A DNA stretch of 50,584 nucleotides, counting the filler, from Stramenopiles sp. TOSAG23-2 (taxonomy: Eukaryota), in the NCBI GenBank assembly GCA_900128395.1. It is 2 parts of 2 records of this genome, joined end to end, with 100 filler letters (N's around TTAATTAATTAA, not from the genome) between each part and the next. Parts side by side here need not be neighbours in the genome. Positions count along the whole stretch, not along the records: positions 25,475 to 50,584 come from LT649455.1; 1 more part is not named here. One strand, written 5' to 3'. Under the pieces are notes generated by a model. It had not been told where the DNA came from and made no database searches. It saw only the letters and a list, made by a program, of their open reading frames with translations. The position numbers and the translations under genes were made by a program. This document shows, one piece after another, positions 34,581 to 45,271 of this stretch. Each line of letters opens with the position of its first letter. The stretch's first letter is position 1.

Positions 34581-35711
34581 ATGGGGGCGTCTAAAAGTAA
34601 ATATTTTTATAAGAAGAAGAGTGCAGAAAAGGACTGCACTGGGACTGTTGAATATGATGAAGAAAATCAATATCTACATGGGCCACCTTTGGTTTCTGGT
34701 AAAGCATGGGAGGAATCGGCATTTATGTATCCTTTTAATTCTCCACCACCAAATTTTTTTGCACAGTTACTGCAAGATTTACTAAATCGAGATTACATCT
34801 ATTTGTTATCAGTTATTATAGGAATTATCATGGCGTTTGTTTTAATCTTTTGGATTCCCATTGTGATAGTTGTTTTACTGGATAGTGTGCCAGGGACATC
34901 TATACGTAATGTTATTAGCCCGGTTGGGGCACTGGCATTTTCGTTTTCAAGTCTATTTTCTGTGACAACAAATTACATGGCAGTGTCAACCGTATCCGTG
35001 TTTATTGTCACTTTTGAAGTTGTTTTAGGAAAATTATTAATAGCGTCTTTAACTGCATTATTGGTTTTAAAAATATCACGTACACCATCACATATTGTAC
35101 AAAGTCATCGTTTATTAATACATAAACGTAATGGTAAGTGGACGTTATCGATGCGAGTAGCCATTTTATATGGACAACGTATATACAACCCAAAGATGAC
35201 ATTAAGTTCCATTGCAAAAACCGTTAAAGGATGGATGCCAGCAACGTTAGAGTGGGACAACCACTGCTTAGGCCATGGTTTTGGTAGATTAGATGGTCTC
35301 CCATTGAATTTACGACATGTTGTAGATGAGAATTCACCACTTCGATCGATTAATTTTGAAAGCGAACAGGACGTTCGTGCATCAATATTTGGCATCATTT
35401 TTACGGTGAGTGGATTTGACAAAATTACCGGAAGAAATGTTGGGCATGAACAAAGGTTTGATTGGAAAAGCCATGGGGACACAAGAGGTTTAATATATTA
35501 TGCACCAGATGGTGAAATGAGTGATGTTTTATTAAATTCTAATAAAATTCAAAAAATTATCGAAAGCAAAGAATGCTCTACGCATGATAAATTTGGCGTT
35601 GAAAAGTTTTTCAAAAAATATGGCGTTGAAATGACTGCCGGAGTTGATTGGGCAAAATTCCATACTATTCAGACCCGAAGAACAGTGGCCAGTGAAGCAG
35701 AATCTAATTGA
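34581..35711 (+). CDS. Inward-rectifier (Kir/KirBac)-like channel with non-canonical filter
   Basis: M1-pore-M2 followed by a Kir cytoplasmic domain (KISR...NGKWTLSMRVA, LRHVVDENSPL, FTVSGFDKITG). ATG at 34581 gives MGASKS, a myristoylation-type start. Confidence 0.8.
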   Translation: MGASKSKYFYKKKSAEKDCTGTVEYDEENQYLHGPPLVSGKAWEESAFMYPFNSPPPNFFAQLLQDLLNRDYIYLLSVIIGIIMAFVLIFWIPIVIVVLLDSVPGTSIRNVISPVGALAFSFSSLFSVTTNYMAVSTVSVFIVTFEVVLGKLLIASLTALLVLKISRTPSHIVQSHRLLIHKRNGKWTLSMRVAILYGQRIYNPKMTLSSIAKTVKGWMPATLEWDNHCLGHGFGRLDGLPLNLRHVVDENSPLRSINFESEQDVRASIFGIIFTVSGFDKITGRNVGHEQRFDWKSHGDTRGLIYYAPDGEMSDVLLNSNKIQKIIESKECSTHDKFGVEKFFKKYGVEMTAGVDWAKFHTIQTRRTVASEAESN

Positions 35712-35971
35712 CACTCCTCCAATGATGTAGTATGTATGTAGAAAGTGATTAAATATAATGAATAATGAAATGAATAATAAAATAAATAATTATAATACAA
35801 TATATATATTGTACTACAATGTAATATAATAACAGCACATGATAATTAACACGCTTTATCATTCAGGGCAGTACAGTACCTGGTATACTATCAGGGTAAA
35901 ATTAATACTTTTTTTTTTGTCTTAAATTATTGGCGCGTCTATCACCTTTTCCTTGTCAGAATACTAATCTG

Positions 35972-35998
35972 GCAAGAAAAATCTCTGGTGTCCAGAGT
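35972..35998 (-). repeat. Dispersed 27-bp hairpin-containing repeat, copy 2
   Basis: Reverse complement of 973-999 with one mismatch. Confidence 0.75.
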
Positions 35999-36338
35999 AA
36001 CCTTAACCTGCGCACGACAGCACAATTTACAGTACTGTAGATCTAGAATAGAGGCCGTTGGTAATTATTTATTTTATTATTCAAAAATGTGTTCCAAATA
36101 ATTCACGTACAGATATATTAGAATAATACATATAATTCTAATTCATTCATGTGTTTTTGTATATATGACATATATAATTCGAATTATAAAATAATAGACG
36201 TTAGAAGGTGTACATACAAAATGAAATGCGTATATGATATATATATAACAAATTGAATTCGTTATATGTTTTGAAATTTTACTTATTTTCTTACCAATCC
36301 CTACTTCATTAATATATATATATATATATATATGTATA

Positions 36339-37355
36339 ATGTATGGCGCCAGTACATATTATGCAAAAATAACAACTGTTCGTGTTCATTATGAACCATT
36401 TTATCAAGATCATTTAGTTGATGATGTACCAAGACGTTTGGCGACAGTACTAAGTGATGGCAACACGTCATTGAACACGTCAACGTTTACTTATAATTAC
36501 TCTCAATTTAATGTATCATTTTGTGAAAATTTCTTTGATAGTTATGGAATAAATTTAACAAGTTTATTGTCAACCCTTAATGTATCTAGTCTTTCAATGG
36601 AACAATTATCATGTTTTCGCAAAGAAGATATAGCGGCTAGCCCAATACCAGGATTTTATGATCCGGCATTTATGTTTCTTACTCTATTTTTCATGTTTCT
36701 CATATACCAGTCGATATTTATAGTCAAACAGATGCGATATCGCAGATTACATAGAGTTATGAGGTTTTTGATGAATGTACATTCATTCAAGCAGTTACAT
36801 CGTATCAAATTAATAAAATCATGTATGAGACAGCATGAAAAGCTATCATATAATGACAATGCTGACATTGTAAAATCAATGAAAAAAGCAAATTTTACAA
36901 AAAGTACATTACAACGTTTTGGATGGGAGCAATTAAAGGATGGCAATAATAATAACAACGATGATGATGATGGAGATGATGATTACAACAATATATTATC
37001 ATATAAAGAATACGTTGTTTCTTCATACAAAAAATTATTCAAAGTAATTTGTGATCATGTTATCGATCCACTTACCCTTAACTTAATTGTACATAAAAAA
37101 AATGAATCAATACGTCAATTTCTTGAACGTGTAAAAAGATCATTGCCGAGGGAAGATCCTCTGATATCTATGTTGGACAAATATATTGATGATTATGAAG
37201 CTTCTAGGTATTCACCAAATCTCCTTAATTCACAAGAACAATATGAATTCCGAAAAAAATATAATTTTTTATTGTCCATGTTTGTTTCTACAACATCACC
37301 CACATTAATGCATAGAATGGGAAGCGGGAGTAATGACAGCAAAGATGGTATATGA
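36339..37355 (+). CDS. Single-pass membrane protein of unknown function (5' end uncertain)
   Basis: 338-aa ORF with N-glycosylation sequons, one TM segment (FMFLTLFFMFLIYQSIFIV) and a C-terminal ESIRQFL...YEASRYS helical region. Confidence 0.65.
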   Translation: MYGASTYYAKITTVRVHYEPFYQDHLVDDVPRRLATVLSDGNTSLNTSTFTYNYSQFNVSFCENFFDSYGINLTSLLSTLNVSSLSMEQLSCFRKEDIAASPIPGFYDPAFMFLTLFFMFLIYQSIFIVKQMRYRRLHRVMRFLMNVHSFKQLHRIKLIKSCMRQHEKLSYNDNADIVKSMKKANFTKSTLQRFGWEQLKDGNNNNNDDDDGDDDYNNILSYKEYVVSSYKKLFKVICDHVIDPLTLNLIVHKKNESIRQFLERVKRSLPREDPLISMLDKYIDDYEASRYSPNLLNSQEQYEFRKKYNFLLSMFVSTTSPTLMHRMGSGSNDSKDGI

Positions 37356-37693
37356 TGGGAAAGTGTGGAGAGAAATTGTCATCGGGAGAGTAACATTTAA
37401 TATGATTCCGCATACAAAATGGTCCCCACGCGTATTTATTATTTTTCCAGTAAAAAGCCCCATTATTTTTTAAAAAATTAAAAATCTTTATATTTCGATT
37501 TGTACATTAATATATTTTTTTTATTAAAAATTAGTTCGTAATGCATATATGATATATATATGCATATATATTACATGAGTAAGAGAAAATTTTTACTCGT
37601 ATATATTACATTGATATTTTTATACAAATATTTACAGTATATGGTATTCGTACATATTTAATATTTTAGAAGTTTTTTTGTCTACTCTCAGCC

Positions 37694-39139
37694 TTACTTT
37701 TGCGATTTTAAATCACCACATATACGTTGCCTTGCATATGTTGGTGTTCCTAAAAAATTAATTTCACCATGATGAAAATACCAACATGATGCTGCTGAAA
37801 AAAATCCAATAAAGATATCAATGGAATAATGATGACCTTCCCCAACAATCATTATGGCACTATATAACCATGCAATCCATGTCAACCAACATGTAATTCC
37901 ACCACGATACTTAGCAATGGTAAGGCAACAAATTGTTCCAATGATAGCATGTCCACTAGGAACAAGATCATTGCAACCTCCTGTCATTGTTTTCCATGGC
38001 TCCCTAATTTTTTTCCATACTATCCAACGCTGCGTTATGTATCCAAATCGTGTAGCATAACATTGATTAAATTGTGATGGAAATGTTGTACTTGAAAACA
38101 TGATAGGTCTGAAAAAAGAATGACTTGTCAAGATAGCTTTGACAATTTTAATAGCTTCTTCAACAACATTGACATTATTTCCTTTCTTTGGGGAAATAAA
38201 ATATTTACTTGGATATACACCCGCTAAATTGACTATTAATAAAAATAATATTGGAAGGACTTCATATTCCATATCAGCAGGTTTCCATACCTGTAATCCA
38301 AAAGAAACAAGGCTTGGAAATCGGTCCTTTAAACTAGTTTGCCACATATCAAAAACTGGAGGAAATTCATCAAAACGTTGCGGGTTAACTTGTGCAACAA
38401 AATATAACATATTTCCTTGCATAAATTGTGTAATTGCAAGTAAAGCTCCCCATGAAAGCAAGCGAACGACAGACCAAATGTCAGAACTACCAGGCGGTCC
38501 CATTTTGGCACTATATTTATTCCACGGAAGTAAAGTAGCACAACCAAATGTAATAGCAAGGGGTATTTTCCAACTGCCCATATAAATGGAACCAAATATC
38601 ACAAGATCACAACAAAAAAATTCTATACTCATGATAGGCATATCTTTAAAATATTCTGGTGCATCAACAAATAACCATTTTGATACACGTTGGGGGACGG
38701 AAAACATCCAACTTAGCATGATAATATATGCAATATATGTCAATTGAATACCTTTCCATGCAATCATTTTTTTTTCATGTTCATATATCCAATACCAAGC
38801 AATATCTTCGTTCTTCTCGTTTTTAACGGTACTAGGCGCCTCAAGGATATCTTTGAAAAATTGCATCGATTTATATTGCTTTGACCAAGTAAATTTACAT
38901 TGGTTTGTAAAATTTCTTTGTGGTATTATACGCGATCTTCTCTTCCAAGTGTTGTAATTTTCTAGAACCTTACCATTAAACAATTTGTCTTGTATTAATT
39001 CAGGCAGTATTACTGCAAAAATAATTAGAAGACAAATAATTATTCGAATACGATTTAACATTGTTAAAATCATATCTTTATTATTCGCAACAATGGGAAC
39101 GTCACTAAAATAATGAAATATAACTCTTTTTAATAACAT
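37694..39139 (-). CDS. Sphingomyelin synthase / IPC synthase-like protein (PAP2_C)
   Basis: GGCNDLVPSGHA and HHYSIDIFIG match the SMS D3 (CxDxxxSGH) and D4 (HYxxD) motifs; multiple TM segments. Confidence 0.85.
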   Translation of the reverse strand: MLLKRVIFHYFSDVPIVANNKDMILTMLNRIRIIICLLIIFAVILPELIQDKLFNGKVLENYNTWKRRSRIIPQRNFTNQCKFTWSKQYKSMQFFKDILEAPSTVKNEKNEDIAWYWIYEHEKKMIAWKGIQLTYIAYIIMLSWMFSVPQRVSKWLFVDAPEYFKDMPIMSIEFFCCDLVIFGSIYMGSWKIPLAITFGCATLLPWNKYSAKMGPPGSSDIWSVVRLLSWGALLAITQFMQGNMLYFVAQVNPQRFDEFPPVFDMWQTSLKDRFPSLVSFGLQVWKPADMEYEVLPILFLLIVNLAGVYPSKYFISPKKGNNVNVVEEAIKIVKAILTSHSFFRPIMFSSTTFPSQFNQCYATRFGYITQRWIVWKKIREPWKTMTGGCNDLVPSGHAIIGTICCLTIAKYRGGITCWLTWIAWLYSAIMIVGEGHHYSIDIFIGFFSAASCWYFHHGEINFLGTPTYARQRICGDLKSQK

Positions 39140-39878
39140 TTTTCTTGATAATATGTTTTATATATACATATATTGAAGAATATAGGGAAAACACTATGGA
39201 AAGAAAAATATAGTTTAATGTGTTGTAGCAATAGATGCCAGTTGATGAATGTATGTGTAATATATATATTATACGTAATTATGTTGTTGACTTATAAAAT
39301 AGTATGAATCAATAGTGTATTATGTAATAATATTTAAAAGTTTTTAAATATATTATTTATATTGGCACTGTTGCATTGGCACATCATTGTATAGTATAAA
39401 CAATTGCTGCAGGGGTAAGCTATATTTTAATAGCTGATGTGGTCTGGTAAGTGCGTAGAAAGGCACACTACCTGTAAGTGTAATAAAAAAAAACTCTGTA
39501 CTGTAGTAATAAAGCAGCACACAGCACTTGCCAGCCTTTAGCCAGCAGGTGGTATAAAAGTGGTGAGTTTAGGTGTTGACGATCAATGGTGTGTGCATAC
39601 TAATATTATAAGGTATTAATATAGCCCGTTATTATAGTTTTCAATTACGGTATCCTCCGAGGATATATTATTTTAAAAATAAATTATTTATATATCCCAG
39701 AATATCATTTATAATTATAACACGTACGAACGGTTCGTACTATATATACATCTATACGAAGGTTCGTATTACTGTATATTAAATACCTGGTTTTTAATGT
39801 GCAGTTTCATTTAAGCAAGCTTAACCCCCTGTGTCAATTAATTTTTTTATCGTTGCTGCGCTTATCTTTTTCTTTTTT

Positions 39879-40673
39879 TTAATCATTCAAACGATGAATA
39901 GCACTCAATGTACCGAGTTTCCCAGACAATGTTTCGTTCTTTTCTTTTAAACGTACAATTTTTTTATTTAATTTTTCTATTTCCGTTTGTTGTGCCTCAA
40001 TGACATCCCCCATACTAAATCCATAACGTGATGGTTCCATTTCTGCATCTAATAATTTATCTGATTGTATTTCAGAAACAAGATAACGACGATATCGATC
40101 CTTTTCAAACATAAGTTCTCTTGCAAGTTTTTTATTTTCTTTTATTAAACGTTTATTTACAGAATTATTCGATTTTCTATTATTACTATTGTTAAAGCCG
40201 TTTGCCATCATCATTCCAAAATCATTTGTCCCACTACCATTGTTTTGATTACCATATAATATTGAACGTAATCTAGCAACTTCTGATGCATATTCTTCAT
40301 TCATAGCTTTCACTTCTCTAGTTTTGATAGTAGAACGTTCACGTGTTAATTTTCTAATTATTTCATCTTTTTCGTGTAATACTCTTTCTAAATAGACAAT
40401 CCGACTTTGGGATTTTGACTTTGAATCACCATGTGCAGAATGCGGTCTGCCAGAGCTACTGCTACTACTAATACTACTACTGCCACCTTTTACTAGTAAC
40501 GGAGTTAATCGTAACGTTTCATTTTCTTCACGTAAATTAGCAACAATAGTATTTGTATTTTGTAACGTACGTTCTACTTTTCTGCAACGAGAGACAATCT
40601 TTGTATATTTCACACGTAATTCTTTCAACTCCAATGCTATATCTTTTGTATTGGATGTACGAGTTTCCCACAT
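39879..40673 (-). CDS. Coiled-coil protein of unknown function
   Basis: 264-aa ATG ORF dominated by heptad repeats. Confidence 0.72.
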   Translation of the reverse strand: MWETRTSNTKDIALELKELRVKYTKIVSRCRKVERTLQNTNTIVANLREENETLRLTPLLVKGGSSSISSSSSSGRPHSAHGDSKSKSQSRIVYLERVLHEKDEIIRKLTRERSTIKTREVKAMNEEYASEVARLRSILYGNQNNGSGTNDFGMMMANGFNNSNNRKSNNSVNKRLIKENKKLARELMFEKDRYRRYLVSEIQSDKLLDAEMEPSRYGFSMGDVIEAQQTEIEKLNKKIVRLKEKNETLSGKLGTLSAIHRLND

Positions 40674-41254
40674 GTTAATATATATATTTATTTATGTATG
40701 TATGTATGTATGTATGTATGTATGATTGGATCGAACTAATTTATTTCATATGTATATATATATTTACATATATGTATGATTTGATTCAATTGGATATATG
40801 AATATAATGTATTTGTTGTTATATCTATATAGTATAGTACTGGAGTAGTATAATATGAGTATATAATATTATTTTTGAAAAAAAAAAATTAATAATTATT
40901 TTTTTAGACTAGTCTAAGAATTTGCTTCGAAAATTTTTTGTGATATTGAATTATAAATTAAGGTATATTAATATTATAATACAATCTGAAATTTAAATTA
41001 AAATGAGAGTTTTTTTAGGACCTACACCTTACCAGCTTTAGCTTTTACTGATAATATGCACCATAATAATAAGTACAACCGTTATTATGCCGTATTATTA
41101 TTATAAAATATAAGTTTACCCACATGTTCATGTGGTACATGTATATATATAAATACGTTTAGTATAAACTATATATGTGTATAAATACACATATTACAGT
41201 GCACAAACAAAATAGAAAACAAACCACCAATCGTTATTAACGATTCGAACAAAA

Positions 41255-41821
41255 ATGGGTGGATCGCCCTCGAAAGTCATTGAAAATCCTACGTCTGATA
41301 TATGGTTGGGTGGCATCAATGTCATTGATAAAGAATCAACGGAATATAAATCTTGCTACACTTTGAGCAAACACGGGAACGAAGTGGAAAATGAAACGTT
41401 GGGCTGGGAAATATTTTGTAAAAAAGAAAACATTCATTGTGTTGTAAGTGTATGCCAAGATACACCACCAGAAGTTGTGATAAATGATATATTAAAAGGT
41501 AATATTTTGCATATTAGTTTAGAAGATGTCAGCGAAACAAATTTATTGAAACATTTTGAAGCATCTGCATTATTTATTCATAAAAATAGATTGGAAGGGA
41601 ACAATATTTATATACACTGCCACGCTGGAATTTCACGAAGTACAACCATATTGGCAGCATATTTAATGGCTCATCTAAAATTTGGCATGCTTGATGTATT
41701 AGGGCATTTGCAACGTTTACGAGAAACGATATGTCCAAACGGAGGATTTAGAAAGCAATTGCTTGAATTTGAAGACACAAAGGGTTATTTAAAATTGAAT
41801 GATATATTAGCAAAGACAAAC

Positions 41822-41853
<32 letters not shown>

Positions 41854-42253
41854 TAATGCTATATTAGCAACCAATGACATGAAATTTATAGTAGCAATTA
41901 TGAAACAATTTCAAGAGAAACAGAATTCTAGTAAGTTGAAGAAAGATGCATTTGGTCATACTGGAGAATATAGACGTGTTGATAATCTAGACAGATATTG
42001 TAAAACTAAAGTTGATGACCACTATGAATGTAATGATGGAAATTTTTTATGTATTCATGGACATGATGTATTAGAATTTGATCATTGGTCTTGTTGTGGT
42101 GTCGCAAAAAGAAATGGAACATGTACAAATGGTTCCATGGATGGTGGTTGGGGAAAATTTAAGTTTAACGAACAAGTCGAGCGTTTAAAAATGCGATTTA
42201 TAAATACAAAAGATGAAGAAGATGCAGGGTTAAAATGGTTAAATAGTGATTGA
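41255..42253 (+). CDS. Dual-specificity protein phosphatase with C-terminal Cys/His motif
   Basis: IHCHAGISRS (HCxxGxxR), ICPNGGFRKQL; N-terminal MGGSPS; C-terminal HWSCCG...C. Confidence 0.9.
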
Positions 42254-42382
42254 TTTTTTTTTTGCTTTTTTAAATAAAATTCTAAAATGATGTTTAGTCT
42301 ATTGCCTCAGTTATTGTATTTTCTTTTCAAGAGAGTATGCATTTTTAAGAATTATCACATGAGTAAATTATAAATAAAATAT

Positions 42383-44488
42383 TTACGCGTATATGATATT
42401 TTTTATGTACTCGTGTGAGGAGAGGCACGAACCCGTGCCAGCGGGGGCGCCACAGGGGCTGTGCACGGCACAGTCGCAGACAGGATTGGTGCGACTGCAC
42501 ACAGATGCCAGGTCCGTCACCACGCCTGAGCCGCACTTGCGTCGATCACCGAGCCTTGCTCCGGAATCTGCAACACATGGTGCCGGCCCGGCCGGCAAGC
42601 AACCGCACGACCCAAGCCCAGTCCCGGCGCAGTCGCGACCCGGGCCACAGCAAGCTTCACCAGTCGGATCGCCAGGACAGCAGCAGGTGGTGAGATTGCA
42701 AGAGCGAAACTGCCGCGCGAAAAAACAATTATTTTTAACTTCCTTTAACAAAGCACTTGGTGTAATAATTTCAAAATTTCCCGTCTTCATTAACTCATTG
42801 GCCACAGTAACTACATCATCTACTGTATGCGACCAAACATTTACTGGTACCAAACTATATCCATTGACATCCTTCATATCTCTTGAAATTTCTTTATTTT
42901 TTAACAAATTTTTAAAATGTTGAATAGTGCCGATTACACCTTGCATAGTCCCAGAAGTAGAATTCCCCCATAGCGACACCCTACCACCAATAACAGGCTT
43001 TTTTGTATTTGGATCAAACTTTGTACCAGTCCAGCCAGAATAACCAGCACCAAATGTATACCAAAATATCCCTTCTATTGTCTCCTGTTCCAATAATGGT
43101 TGCAATACGGACATGTTTGGCGAATTTAGATTACCAGCACCAATTACACTTACAACACCGCCATTATTATTATTATTATTACTTCCTGCTGCATCATCAC
43201 CATCACCTATTATTAGATTATGTCTTGTTTTGTTTAAATAATATCCAGTCAAGTTTGCAAATTCGTTGAATTGATCTTTTTTCCATGTGGCGGGATAAAC
43301 ATATCCTAAACCACTTGGGGCACCAATAAAATCATCATTTGCTGTACTAGTTTTTTTCAAATATTCAATAATCGGTAAGCCTAATTCAACAAGTCCAGGT
43401 GAAATTGTCCAGCCAAGTGGAACTTTCCCTCTACTCTTGCTACCCCACCAATTTTGATTAGTAACAAATGAATTCATTAGCCATTGTATATTATCTCCAT
43501 CTGTCATTAAAAACGCTATACGGTGTTTATTATTATCAGTAACACCTTTTTTCATCTTTTTTCTTTCTTTTACAACTGAATTGTTTAAATGTTTTTTTAT
43601 TTCACCACATTTATAGTTTGATAATACAGCAACATTATGAGCCATATCTGAAGCATGAACAAAAAATCCTTTTTCTCCAAGCTTGGAGACGTATTGATAT
43701 TCTGGCCCCCATCCCATCGCTGCCTTCAAATCTTTTGTCTTACTAAATTCAGCAATGGCTTCTTGAACTTGTTCACCACCATTTGGATATTTTGTTGTAT
43801 CTGTTGAATATTCTAACGTCGGCATTCTGCCAAAAATTGCATACTCTGCTAAGTTTGGGTATATATTTGGATGTTGAAATGATATCATGTTTCCACTATA
43901 TGCGCTAATTCCACCTCTTGATTTGTAAGCATCTCGTTCACGTGTGCCAGATAGATCTATTACAAAAGGTATACTCCATGATTTTAACATCGATAATGTT
44001 TTCGTGGAAGTAGAGGACGTTGCCACTAATAGTTCGTTTTGTTTTTGCCCAGCAATATATGTCAATGCGGCGTTAACCGAACCATCCGTTGTATTGTACA
44101 ATACATATCCAGTAATTTTATTGTAAAATAATGATAAAATGTCATATGGTTTTTGAATCATGGATAAATTAATGTTAATTTCATTTGGGCAATTATTTTT
44201 CATTATTGTAAGCCACGCCGAATATGAATCACTTCCATCTTTTGATGGATAATCTTTTGGTATGCGATATAACTTAGGTTGTGTTCTAGCTAAACCACCA
44301 CCTAATGTCAATAGAGTGATTAATAAATTATCACCTGCATTAAGATACATATCAGAATAAACAATTATTTCACCAGGTGGATTAATAGAGGATGGATATG
44401 GAAATTCTTCACGTGCATTATTTGTTGCAAATGTAACTGATATGAATAATAATAGAAGCAGTGATAAATATATAGAAGAATTTATCAT
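42383..44488 (-). CDS. Secreted GxGYxYP putative glycoside hydrolase with Cys-rich C-terminal tail
   Basis: Signal peptide after ATG 44488; FLMTDGDNIQW, RGKVPLGWTISP, APSGLGYVYP, GYSLVPVNVWS; 16-Cys tail. Confidence 0.85.
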   Translation of the reverse strand: MINSSIYLSLLLLLFISVTFATNNAREEFPYPSSINPPGEIIVYSDMYLNAGDNLLITLLTLGGGLARTQPKLYRIPKDYPSKDGSDSYSAWLTIMKNNCPNEININLSMIQKPYDILSLFYNKITGYVLYNTTDGSVNAALTYIAGQKQNELLVATSSTSTKTLSMLKSWSIPFVIDLSGTRERDAYKSRGGISAYSGNMISFQHPNIYPNLAEYAIFGRMPTLEYSTDTTKYPNGGEQVQEAIAEFSKTKDLKAAMGWGPEYQYVSKLGEKGFFVHASDMAHNVAVLSNYKCGEIKKHLNNSVVKERKKMKKGVTDNNKHRIAFLMTDGDNIQWLMNSFVTNQNWWGSKSRGKVPLGWTISPGLVELGLPIIEYLKKTSTANDDFIGAPSGLGYVYPATWKKDQFNEFANLTGYYLNKTRHNLIIGDGDDAAGSNNNNNNGGVVSVIGAGNLNSPNMSVLQPLLEQETIEGIFWYTFGAGYSGWTGTKFDPNTKKPVIGGRVSLWGNSTSGTMQGVIGTIQHFKNLLKNKEISRDMKDVNGYSLVPVNVWSHTVDDVVTVANELMKTGNFEIITPSALLKEVKNNCFFARQFRSCNLTTCCCPGDPTGEACCGPGRDCAGTGLGSCGCLPAGPAPCVADSGARLGDRRKCGSGVVTDLASVCSRTNPVCDCAVHSPCGAPAGTGSCLSSHEYIKNIIYA

Positions 44489-44989
44489 GGTGATATGGAT
44501 ACTTGATCTTGTTGTATTATTCGTCAATTATATATAATAATTTGTCAATATAAAGTATAAACAATCGAATAGAGTTTGTATATATTGTTTTGCTGTTTAT
44601 TAGTAATTTCGATATGTGTGTGTATATATATAAATGAATGATTATTTTTTTTTATTATATTTATATTGCGTTGTTGTTGTTGTGTTTTTTTTTGGCTTCT
44701 TCTTTTTTATTTAATAAAGCTTATGTGTGTATAATTAATTTATACTACTTAGACTACTTTTCGTATTAATATTACCACAGGTATATGGGGGTATATCCCC
44801 TTTTAACCCTTAAATTTATAATATAATGTAAATTGTATATACTTATACTTTTACTTTATAAATATTAAAAAAATTTCATTAATTCACTTCAGAGCATCAT
44901 GTTAGATAATATATATATATACAGTATATTTGTATTATACTTGAGATACACAATACGTCTCTCTCCTGTGACACTTCGTTATATACACA

Positions 44990-45271
44990 TCCACACATTA
45001 GTTTTAATACATGGATGATGCATCTCTTCAACTATGGAGCCAGAGAGGATGGAGCTATTTCTTGAAATAAATCTGGATGATTTTCCATGATTTCAGGCAA
45101 CAAGTTAGTAGCCCAACGAAACCATCTAGCTCCACACATTAGTTTTAATACATGGATGATGCATCTCTTCAACTATGGAGCCAGAGAGGATGGAGCTATT
45201 TCTTGAAATAAATCTGGATGATTTTCCATGATTTCAGGCAACAAGTTAGTAGCCCAACGAAACCATCTAGC
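44990..45271. repeat. Perfect 141-bp tandem duplication covering the 3' end of the kinase-like gene
   Basis: 44990-45130 is identical to 45131-45271. Confidence 0.9.

Noticed and set aside
10527-39139. Lipid-metabolism cluster (elongase plus sphingolipid synthase)
   Set aside because: The genes are on different contigs separated by the artificial linker.
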